Assembly (NCBI GenBank): GCA_963805085.1
Contig: CAWDTA010000005.1
Span: forward strand, 32,001 to 96,000
DNA from: an uncultured Veillonellaceae bacterium
GTDB lineage: Bacteria; Bacillota; Negativicutes; JARBTT01
Reading direction: 5' to 3'
DNA: 64,000 nucleotides
Position numbers and translations under genes: made by a program. Below the pieces are notes generated by a model. The model saw only the letters and a program-made list of their open reading frames with translations, had not been told where the DNA came from and searched no databases. This document shows, one piece after another, positions 21,013 to 29,689 of the stretch. Each line of letters begins with the position of its first letter. Position 1 is the first letter of the stretch.

Positions 21013-21972
21013 ATGTTAAACCTTAAAAGGAAAATTAAGTTTCTTTCTATGGCCACTTTGTTAATTTCATTGCTAGTTGTTAAGCCGGTTTCTGCTGCTT
21101 TTTGGGAACTCTCAGGTGATTTGAATTCGCACGATCCTAGTCTGATAAAAGATGGTAGTACATGGTGGTCTCCGAGTACGGGTACTGGATTGGCAATGAA
21201 ATATTCATCTGACGGTCTCGTTTGGCATCAAGGTACAAAGATATTTTCATCGGAACTTTCATGGTGGAGAACTTATGCTCCCAAAATGAGTACAAATGAT
21301 GTATGGGCTCCAGATATCAAATATTTCAATGGAAGATATTGGATGTATTATTCTGTATCGGAATTTGGTAAGAATAATTCAGCTATCGGTCTTACATCCT
21401 GTACAAGTGTCAATAAAGGGGATTGGAGGGACGACGGTATGGTTATATATTCAAAGTCAGGCTCTACCTCTTATAATGCTATTGATCCAAATCTTATAAT
21501 TGATGCCTCAAATATTCCCTGGTTAGTCTTTGGATCTTGGTTTGATGGTATTCATATCGTAAAGCTTGATTCTTCTACGATGAAACCTACAGGAAGTATA
21601 TATTCAATTGCAAAAAGAACTAATGGTATCGAAGGAGCGTGTATGATTTATACAAACGGCTATTACTACCTTTTTGCTTCAATTGACAAGTGTTGTGCAG
21701 GTGTTAACAGTACTTATAAAATTGTATATGGACGTTCAAAAAGTATTACTGGACCATATCTTGATAAAAATGGTGTAGATATGAAAAGTGGCGGAGGTAC
21801 TATTTTGGATTCAGGTAATAGCAGGTGGATAGGACCTGGTGGGCAATATGTATATAAAAATCGAAGTTCATGGGTAATAGCACGTCATGCTTATGATGCA
21901 AACAACGATGGCACAGCAACACTCTTGATTAGTGACCTTTCTTTTGATTCAAATAAGTGGCCAACTTATTAG
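21013..21972 (+). CDS. abnA: GH43 endo-1,5-alpha-L-arabinanase with signal peptide
   Basis: Bacillus AbnA-like AFW…HDPSLIK, DVWAPD, NAIDP, FGSWFDGI, DKCCAG; ATG 21013 after GGAGG. Confidence 0.88.
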   Translation: MLNLKRKIKFLSMATLLISLLVVKPVSAAFWELSGDLNSHDPSLIKDGSTWWSPSTGTGLAMKYSSDGLVWHQGTKIFSSELSWWRTYAPKMSTNDVWAPDIKYFNGRYWMYYSVSEFGKNNSAIGLTSCTSVNKGDWRDDGMVIYSKSGSTSYNAIDPNLIIDASNIPWLVFGSWFDGIHIVKLDSSTMKPTGSIYSIAKRTNGIEGACMIYTNGYYYLFASIDKCCAGVNSTYKIVYGRSKSITGPYLDKNGVDMKSGGGTILDSGNSRWIGPGGQYVYKNRSSWVIARHAYDANNDGTATLLISDLSFDSNKWPTY

Positions 21973-22044
21973 GAAGCTATAAAAATTGAAATGTGTAGAA
22001 TCTATAAAGCAACAGAAGACATAATTATGGCTGAGGAAGTAGAG

Positions 22045-22325
22045 CACGCTGATATTAACAGATTTGGATAAGAAAAAATATGTCATGGTTAAGCAACAAG
22101 AGGAAGTCACGATATATAATCTTTCCCTGTTTGATCATCTCAATGAAATAGCTGACGACATTTCATTCGAAGAGTATAGAGACACATTACCTATGCGAAA
22201 TTAGACAAGGAATTATTAGAGATGGGAATCAAACCTAGGAGGATGGATTATTTAAAGTTTGATTGGAAATATATCATAGACAAAGGCTCAACTAGCAGCT
22301 CAAATTGAACTGCCAGTTGAGCCTT
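22045..22325 (+). repeat. Repeat R copy 4 (longest, frameshifted relic plus hairpin)
   Basis: LDKKKYVMVKQQEEVTIYNLSLFDHLNEIADDISFEEYRD/ITYAKLDKELLEMGIKPRR…. Confidence 0.85.
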
Positions 22326-22525
22326 GATTTTTTTATCTTAGCTTAGGAACATCAATTATTGATAAAATTTTATGACAATATTAATATGGGAGCGTGAGCT
22401 TAATGTCAAAAAGAAAATGCCGTAATTGAATTATTTTATCACAAACTTGTATGGAGGTATTCACAAGTAAATTTAGTAAATCGTTGTTAATGATATGAGC
22501 AAAAAAAACGAATTTGACCAAATCT

Positions 22526-22541
22526 TGGCATGGAAAATGCA
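22526..22541 (+). promoter_or_regulatory. Sigma-54 -24/-12 promoter of the PTS-RLP operon
   Basis: TGGCATGGAAAATGCA (GG-N10-GC) 50 nt upstream of IIA; GAFTGA activator encoded downstream. Confidence 0.85.
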
Positions 22542-22591
22542 TTAATAAATGGTTAGAAGTGCACTGGATTTATAAAGAAAGGAGGGATTGG

Positions 22592-23062
22592 ATGTTAAAT
22601 GTAAAGTTGCTAGACCCTGCGTTAATAGTAATTAATATGGATAAGAAAAGCAAGTATGATGTCATGAGAGAGTTGGCGAAATTATTGGTAGAGCAAGAGG
22701 CCGTGAAACCAAGTTACTTGCAGGCACTTGTTGAAAGAGAGGACATATATCCAACGGGATTACAAACTAAAGACATTGGCGTTGCTATACCGCATGCTGA
22801 TGTAAAACATGTATTGAAGCCAAGTATTGCAATTGCTACTATGAAAAATTCAGTGCAGTTTAATTCAATGGCTAATCCTAGTGATACACTTGATGTTAAA
22901 ATGGTATTTATGCTTGCACTAAAAGAACCAAAAAAACAATTGCAACTTCTTCAAGATTTAGTAGTATTGTTTCAATCGTCTGAACTAATAGAAAAAATGC
23001 TTAGGAGTGATGATGCACAAACATTTATTAATGTGGTAAATCAAATAGAACAAAACGGATAA
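22592..23062 (+). CDS. PTS EIIA, galactitol (Gat) family
   Basis: REDIYPTGL, VAIPHAD; ATG 22592 after GGAGGG. Confidence 0.9.
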   Translation: MLNVKLLDPALIVINMDKKSKYDVMRELAKLLVEQEAVKPSYLQALVEREDIYPTGLQTKDIGVAIPHADVKHVLKPSIAIATMKNSVQFNSMANPSDTLDVKMVFMLALKEPKKQLQLLQDLVVLFQSSELIEKMLRSDDAQTFINVVNQIEQNG

Positions 23063-23113
23063 AGAGTAAAACTAAAAAATTATATTAATTAGAAATAGGG
23101 AGGTGCTAGCGAC

Positions 23114-23419
23114 ATGGGAAAAGTAAAAATTATGTGTGTATGCGGAACTGGAATAGCTACGTCTACTGTTGTTAATAATGGAGTGTCTAATATTTGTAAA
23201 AAAAATGATTTCGCATATGATATTATGCAATGCAAAACTCTTGAGGTAAAGTCTAAATTAAATAGTTTTCGTCCAGATTTAATTGTTTCAACTACTCCAA
23301 TTTCTGCTGAGACCAACGTACCTATTATAAATGGAATTGCATTTTTATCTGGTGTAGGTTTGGACAATATTGAACAACAAATTGTTTCTGCATTAAAACA
23401 AACTCTGGGGGTGAAATAA
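23114..23419 (+). CDS. PTS EIIB, Gat family
   Basis: CVCGTGIATSTV P-loop. Confidence 0.92.
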   Translation: MGKVKIMCVCGTGIATSTVVNNGVSNICKKNDFAYDIMQCKTLEVKSKLNSFRPDLIVSTTPISAETNVPIINGIAFLSGVGLDNIEQQIVSALKQTLGVK

Positions 23420-23420
23420 A

Positions 23421-24683
23421 ATGTTAGATATAATCCAATTTATCCTTGGATTAGGTCCGGCTGTTATGATGCCAATTATTATCACTATCTTGGGATTGGT
23501 TTTAGGACAAAGCTTTAGCAAAGCATTTAGAGCGGGTCTTATTATCGGTGTTGGTTTTGTTGGAATAAATATGGTTATTGGGCTGTTAATTAACACATTA
23601 GGTCCAGTAACACAAGCTATGGTTAAAAATCTTGGGGTCGAACTAGATATACTTGATGTTGGTTGGCCTATATCAGCTGCTGTAAGTTTTGGATCGGTAA
23701 TTGTACCAGTAATTATGCCGCTAATACTTTTATTTAATGTATTTTTGTTGGCAATCAATCAAACAAAAACAGCAAATGTTGATATCTGGAATTACTGGCA
23801 AATGCTGTTTTGTGGCGCAATAGTATATCATTCTACAAACCAAAACTGGTATTTAACTATCGCTGCAGTGTTAATTTGTGAGTTTGTAACTTTAAAACTT
23901 GCAGATATAACAGCACCTATGGTAGAAAAATATTTTGGGTTACCCGGTATTTCATTACCACATGTAGGGACCGTTGGGTGGTATCCCGTTGCCTATATCT
24001 TTAATAAGATTTTGGATAAAGTTCCGGGGATAAATAGTGTATATATTGATCAAAAAAAGGTACAAGAAAAATTCGGAATATTCGGAGAACCATTGTTTAT
24101 AGGCCTAGTTCTTGGATCTATATTAGCGATATTGGCTAAATATGATGCAGGGAAAATTTTGACTACTGGCGTTACTTTGGGTGCAGTAATGGTCATTTTA
24201 CCAAGAATGGTAGCAATCTTAATGGAAGGATTAATTCCATTATCTGAGGGGGCAAGAGAATTTTTGAAAAAAAGATTTCCGGGAAGAGAGTTCTACATTG
24301 GCTTAGATACGGCTATTGTAATAGGAAATCCGGCAGTTATGTCGACTGCTATCATAATGATTCCAGTTGCAGTATTATTGTCGTTGGTAGTTCCAGGAAA
24401 TCATTTTCTCCCATTTACAGATCTTGTTATGTTAACATTTATTTTAAGTTTTCCTGTTGCGGTAACGAATGGGAATATATTTAGGTCTATAATTATTAGT
24501 CTGTTAATTGTTCCGCTATGCTTATTAATTGCAACAGATTTTGGACCGGTTCATACAATAATGGGACATGCTGTTGGATTTCAGTTTCCTGAAGGAACGA
24601 CAACGATTAGTAGTTTATATGGAGGTACATTACAAATTCCATGGCTTATTTGGAAACCATTATCAATATTCTTTGGACACTAA
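23421..24683 (+). CDS. PTS EIIC, Gat family
   Basis: DVGWP, NVDIWNYW, YIGLD, multiple TM segments. Confidence 0.92.
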   Translation: MLDIIQFILGLGPAVMMPIIITILGLVLGQSFSKAFRAGLIIGVGFVGINMVIGLLINTLGPVTQAMVKNLGVELDILDVGWPISAAVSFGSVIVPVIMPLILLFNVFLLAINQTKTANVDIWNYWQMLFCGAIVYHSTNQNWYLTIAAVLICEFVTLKLADITAPMVEKYFGLPGISLPHVGTVGWYPVAYIFNKILDKVPGINSVYIDQKKVQEKFGIFGEPLFIGLVLGSILAILAKYDAGKILTTGVTLGAVMVILPRMVAILMEGLIPLSEGAREFLKKRFPGREFYIGLDTAIVIGNPAVMSTAIIMIPVAVLLSLVVPGNHFLPFTDLVMLTFILSFPVAVTNGNIFRSIIISLLIVPLCLLIATDFGPVHTIMGHAVGFQFPEGTTTISSLYGGTLQIPWLIWKPLSIFFGH

Positions 24684-24779
24684 TATGTGAGAATTTTATA
24701 TGAGAAGACGGAGGTGTATCCTCGTCGCATTGATAATAAATGGATACACCTTACTAATTTTAGAAAAGAGGAATAAATT

Positions 24780-25826
24780 ATGCAAGCAATAGTATTTAAA
24801 GGACCTAAAGATTTTGAAATGCAAGAGATTCCGATTCCAGTATGTCCTACGGAAGGCATTTTAGTAAAGATTATAGCGGTGGGGCTGTGTGGATCTGATA
24901 TTCGAACTTTTGATGTTGGACATGGGAAAGTTACTCCTCCACAGGTAATAGGTCATGAAGTTGCTGGGGTAATAGAAGAAATAGGGAAGGGTGTTTCTGG
25001 TTTTTCAGTAGGGGACAAAGTCGCAATCAATCCGATTATTCCTTGTGGTCATTGTGAATATTGCAAAATGGGCTATGGAAACCATTGTAGAACTCTTGAG
25101 TTTTTAGGAACGACTATACCTGGTGGATATGCTCAATATGTGGCAATTCCAAAAGTGGCTTTGGTCAATAATTGTGTAATTAAAATAACTAGCGATTTAC
25201 CACTTGAATATGTTCCATTGGCAGAAACCACAGCTTCTGTAATTTGCGCGCAAAAAAATATGAATGTAACAAAGGGTGATACAGTTGTAATTTTTGGGGC
25301 AGGACCTATTGGTTGTTTGCATGCAGCTATTGCTAAAGCACGTGGAGCAAAAAAAGTAATTATGTCAGAAATCAATGAAACTAGATTGAATATTGTAAGA
25401 AAATTTAAAAGTATTGATGTTTTTGTAAATTCATCACAGAAAGATATTAATGAAGTCATATTGAGTGAAACCGGAAACTTAGGAGCGGATGTTGCTATTG
25501 TTGCTTGTCCGGTAGGAGCAGTCCAAGTACAAGCCATTAATGTGGTGAGAAAAAGAGGTAGAGTATGTTTCTTTGGTGGATTACCAATCAACAATTGTCA
25601 TATTAATCTCAATAGTAATAAAATTCATTATGATGAAATTGCTATTTTTGGTGCATTTGCGTATGATCCGAAGGAATTTATTGAAGCTTTTCATTTAATT
25701 TCAGAAGGAAAGGTACCAGCGGATCAGTTTGTTACGGATATATTGCCACTCAAGGACATTGCTAAAGGAATAGATATTATTAAAAATGGACTGGGTGTTA
25801 AAGTGGTTTTAAAACCTTGGGACTGA
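24780..25826 (+). CDS. Zn-dependent medium-chain (polyol/sugar-phosphate) dehydrogenase
   Basis: LCGSD, GHE, CGHCEYC…C, GAGPIG. Confidence 0.9.
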   Translation: MQAIVFKGPKDFEMQEIPIPVCPTEGILVKIIAVGLCGSDIRTFDVGHGKVTPPQVIGHEVAGVIEEIGKGVSGFSVGDKVAINPIIPCGHCEYCKMGYGNHCRTLEFLGTTIPGGYAQYVAIPKVALVNNCVIKITSDLPLEYVPLAETTASVICAQKNMNVTKGDTVVIFGAGPIGCLHAAIAKARGAKKVIMSEINETRLNIVRKFKSIDVFVNSSQKDINEVILSETGNLGADVAIVACPVGAVQVQAINVVRKRGRVCFFGGLPINNCHINLNSNKIHYDEIAIFGAFAYDPKEFIEAFHLISEGKVPADQFVTDILPLKDIAKGIDIIKNGLGVKVVLKPWD

Positions 25827-25876
25827 GATCTTAACTTTAGGGTTAATTTTTATCAGTAATGAAGGGGGAATGGAAG

Positions 25877-26740
25877 ATGGCAGTTGATTTACACGTGCAT
25901 ACTATAGCGAGTAGTGACGGTGAATTTTCACCTTTAGAGATAGTTAAACTTGCACATGAATATCAACTTCAAGCAATTGCTATAACAGATCATGATACTA
26001 TTGACAGTGTTGATGAGGCTATTTATTTGGGAAAAGAATATAACGTAGAAATTATACCCGGCTGTGAATTTTCTTCGATATATAAAAATAGGTGGCTTCA
26101 TATTTTAGGATATTATATTGATTATCATAATAGCGATCTTATTAGCTTATGTAAAAAAGTAGAGACAGCAAGAGCAAATAATGTTGATGCGCAAATAGTT
26201 AAATTGCGTCAAGCTGGTTTCTATTTGGAAAAGGAAGAAGTTTTAGAGGATAGTTCAATTCCGTTGCCAATTTCTTTTGGAAAAGCTATATTTTTAGATT
26301 CAAGAAATAATGGTAACCAACTTATAGAAAAATATCGGCAAGAGAAAAACGGCATACTTACGTTTTGCCAAGAGTGGTTGATTTATGGACGACCATATAA
26401 TGCTATGCAATATTTTCCGAAGACCGAAGAGGTTATTAAGCTTATATTGCAATGTGGTGGTGTTCCTATTTTGGCACATCCTGGAGCTAGCTTACAAGAA
26501 GGTGAGGATGAATTAATTGTTGGTTTAATAAAGGAAGGGCTTGCTGGAATTGAAGTGTTTACAAATTGGCATAATGAAAATCAAGAAAAGCATTACCACC
26601 GTTTTTGTCGAGATACAGACATGATTGCTACTGCTGGCAGTGATTTTCATGGGAAAATTAAACCCAATATTTCATTTGGGCAGATAAAAAACAATGGGTA
26701 TGATATTGTTGAACTTTTGAAGTCCAAAATACTATTGTGA
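25877..26740 (+). CDS. PHP-domain metal-dependent phosphoesterase (TrpH/YciV-like)
   Basis: DLHVHT..SDG, ITDHD, HILGY, LAHP, GSDFHG. Confidence 0.9.
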   Translation: MAVDLHVHTIASSDGEFSPLEIVKLAHEYQLQAIAITDHDTIDSVDEAIYLGKEYNVEIIPGCEFSSIYKNRWLHILGYYIDYHNSDLISLCKKVETARANNVDAQIVKLRQAGFYLEKEEVLEDSSIPLPISFGKAIFLDSRNNGNQLIEKYRQEKNGILTFCQEWLIYGRPYNAMQYFPKTEEVIKLILQCGGVPILAHPGASLQEGEDELIVGLIKEGLAGIEVFTNWHNENQEKHYHRFCRDTDMIATAGSDFHGKIKPNISFGQIKNNGYDIVELLKSKILL

Positions 26741-26869
26741 TTAAAATAATCTGTACAATATCTCCTCAAATATAATTTCGCTATTGAAAATATTTTCTAT
26801 ATTGATGTTATTTTCTTTTAATGTAAAATAAAAATTGAAGGGACCTTCAATAAGAGGAGCGGTCTACAA

Positions 26870-27847
26870 ATGCAGTCGTCGGTATACGATCAATCTACGT
26901 TTCTAGTATTTAAAGCCGCATATCTTTATTATTTTCAGGATAAACCACAAAATGAAATTGCTGATATATTGAATATATCTATATCAACAGTATCTCGTTT
27001 AATTAGAAAAGCTAAGCAAGATGGGATTGTAGAATTTGTAATTCGGAATCCATATATGGATTGTCTCGAAACAGAAGATCAAATCAAAAATAAGTTTAAT
27101 TTAAGGGATGTAATAGTCGTACCACCGATTAAAGAAATTGGGAACCATTTAGAAACCAAAGCTAATGCAAGAAAACTTGTAGCACTTGAAGGCGCACGAT
27201 ATGTTCAGCGAATTATTACCGAGAATGATGTTTTAGGACTTAGTTGGGGAAAAACAATGTATGATTTAATTCATTACTTAAATCCTTGTCAAAAAGTCAA
27301 TGCCAGTTTTGTTACAATGCATGGAAGTATTTCAGGGTGTCATCCAGATTTAGATGTGCTGGCATTAGGATCGCGGATATCTATGGCTTTTGGTGGACAG
27401 AATTATTCACTTTTAGCAGAAGGGTTAATGAGTAATGAAAAAATAGTGGCTTCTGTAAAAAACGAAAAATATGTCAATAAAATATTTGAAATATTCAAAC
27501 ACATAAGTATATCTTTGACAAGTGTAGGTGCTTTTTTCCCCAATGTAGATTCATTACTTTATAAACAAGGAGGATATCTTCTTGATAGTGAAATTCGTGA
27601 ATTGAAACAGAAAGGTGCAGTAGGTGATATAAGCCTTAGATTTGTTAATAGCCAAGGGAATGAATGCGATACATCCTTTAGAAATCGTACCATTGGAATA
27701 GAGTTAGACCTATTTAAAAAAATCAGAACAAAAATCATGGTTGCTTCTGGAGAATCCAAAGTCCATGCTCTAAAAGGAGTTTTGGCAGGTGGTTTAACTG
27801 ATATATTGATTATTGATTATGCTTTAGGAAAAGCAGTGTTAAATTAG
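26870..27847 (+). CDS. SorC/DeoR-family sugar-binding transcriptional regulator
   Basis: AAYLYY…QNEIA…STVSRLI HTH; GLSWGKT; GAVGDI. Confidence 0.9.
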   Translation: MQSSVYDQSTFLVFKAAYLYYFQDKPQNEIADILNISISTVSRLIRKAKQDGIVEFVIRNPYMDCLETEDQIKNKFNLRDVIVVPPIKEIGNHLETKANARKLVALEGARYVQRIITENDVLGLSWGKTMYDLIHYLNPCQKVNASFVTMHGSISGCHPDLDVLALGSRISMAFGGQNYSLLAEGLMSNEKIVASVKNEKYVNKIFEIFKHISISLTSVGAFFPNVDSLLYKQGGYLLDSEIRELKQKGAVGDISLRFVNSQGNECDTSFRNRTIGIELDLFKKIRTKIMVASGESKVHALKGVLAGGLTDILIIDYALGKAVLN

Positions 27848-27927
27848 GTAAGGGATAGTAGTTAGTTTCGTGATGGGCCCGTCAAAAAACTAACTATTGT
27901 TTCAAAATATAAAAGGGGGTATTCACA

Positions 27928-29247
27928 ATGTATATTGATCCTTTATTTATGCAATTTTCTGATGGTATAGAGGAAGACAAATATGTAATTGCAACTTACT
28001 ATGTGGCAAATGCCAAATCAATGGAAGCTGTTAAATATGCTGCAGCATTAGCTGTTGAACAAACCACAGGTACGTGGATTTCAGTACCTGGCGAAACTCA
28101 TGAGGTAAGAGAAAAACATCTTGGACGTGTAGTTGGTATTTATGAAGTTCCTGCATACTCTGATTCATATCCTGCAGATCTTACTGAAAGACACTTTGTT
28201 TTACGATTGGCATTCCCAGCACATAATTTTGGCGCTCAATTTGCTATGATGTTTACAGCGGTAATTGGAAACATTTCGAGTATGGGAAAATTAAAATTGC
28301 TAGATCTTGAATTTCCTCGTAAATTTTTGAAGGAATTCAAGGGTGCTAAGTTTGGTGTAGAAGGAATACGGAAGCTGTTAGGCGTTTACGACAGACCTTT
28401 AGTAAATACTATGATAAAACCATGTATTGGTTTAAATCCTAAACAAACTGCTGAACTTGCCCATAAAATAGCACTTGGCGGGGTAGATATCATAAAAGAT
28501 GATGAATTAACAGCTAGTCCAGATCATTGTCCTTTGGTAGATAGAGTTAAAGCTGTTATGGCAGCTTTGAAATCTGCTGATGCAGAAAAAGGTGAAAAAA
28601 CGCTTTATACTTTTAATATTACAGATAGAACAGAAAAATTAAGAGAAAATGCTCTTCGCGCAATTGATGCTGGTGCAAATGCTTTAATGGTCAATGCTTG
28701 GCCGATTGGAATGGATGCTTGTAGAATGCTTGCTGAAGATCCTGAAATTAATGTACCTATTCTGTCTCATTGTGATATGCAAGGGGCATTATATGAATCA
28801 CCATGGTCTGGGATGTCTGCTAGTTTGGTTTGTTCGAAGTTACCTCGTCTTGCTGGTCTTGATATGGGGATTGTCTTAAGTCCTTATGGAAAATTCCCAC
28901 TTACAATGGATACATTTATTCAAGCAGGATATGCTTGTTTGACCCCATGGCAGCATATTAAACCAATGATGCCAATGCCTGGTGGCGGGACAACGCAAGG
29001 TCATATTGAAGAGCTTATAAACAAATTTGGCAAGGATGTTATTATAGCTGCTGGTGGTGCAGTAGTAGGACATCCTCAAGGAACTACTGCTGGTGGTAAG
29101 GCATTTAGGCAAGGTATTGATGCGGTAATGAAAGGGCAATCTTTAAAAGATGCTTGTCTAGATAGTAAAAATAAAGAACTCAAATCCGCTATTGATGCTT
29201 GGGGCGTTTACGGAGAAAAGAAAATCTTTGATCTTAAGGCCAAATAA
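27928..29247 (+). CDS. RuBisCO-like protein (form IV)
   Basis: AVEQTTGTW, MIKPCIGL, GGVDIIKDDE, YGKF, GGAVVGHPQG; K177/R295/H327/S379 equivalents replaced; no small subunit or PRK nearby. Confidence 0.92.
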   Translation: MYIDPLFMQFSDGIEEDKYVIATYYVANAKSMEAVKYAAALAVEQTTGTWISVPGETHEVREKHLGRVVGIYEVPAYSDSYPADLTERHFVLRLAFPAHNFGAQFAMMFTAVIGNISSMGKLKLLDLEFPRKFLKEFKGAKFGVEGIRKLLGVYDRPLVNTMIKPCIGLNPKQTAELAHKIALGGVDIIKDDELTASPDHCPLVDRVKAVMAALKSADAEKGEKTLYTFNITDRTEKLRENALRAIDAGANALMVNAWPIGMDACRMLAEDPEINVPILSHCDMQGALYESPWSGMSASLVCSKLPRLAGLDMGIVLSPYGKFPLTMDTFIQAGYACLTPWQHIKPMMPMPGGGTTQGHIEELINKFGKDVIIAAGGAVVGHPQGTTAGGKAFRQGIDAVMKGQSLKDACLDSKNKELKSAIDAWGVYGEKKIFDLKAK

Positions 29248-29258
29248 AATTATAAAAA

Positions 29259-29306
29259 ATAGACAAGGAGAGCCTGGGTCATATACTCAGGCTCTCCTTT
29301 GTCTAT
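29259..29306 (+). terminator. Terminator after RLP
   Basis: atagacaaggagagcctgggt…actcaggctctcctttgtctat. Confidence 0.75.
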
Positions 29307-29689
29307 ACTAATATTAATAAATGTTTATATATGTAGAAATATGTCGAATTTTATTACTTATAATGTTATTATATATATGATAGAAGTACTTAGACAAGAG
29401 GAGCTATAAGGAATAAATAGGTTGTATTTAAATATCGCATAAAAAGATAGAAAATTTTGAATTTATAATAAAATTCAAAAGTGGACAATTATTTGAATAA
29501 AAAATTGCAAGAAGGTTTCATGGCTTTTTACATAGTATAGATGTAAAATTTTTAGTTAAAAACGTTAAATAATAGCAGTATGCTAACCTCAGAATAACCT
29601 CTTTTTCAGTCATTAAAAATGGAATGCAGTTCAATCAAGGTATTCATATTAAATTTGACTATAAGTAATAATTAGGGGGAGAATAAGTC

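Noticed and set aside
27928-29247. Bona fide RuBisCO / Calvin cycle, or methionine-salvage enolase
   Set aside because: Key RuBP-binding residues substituted; no rbcS, prk or mtn genes in the window
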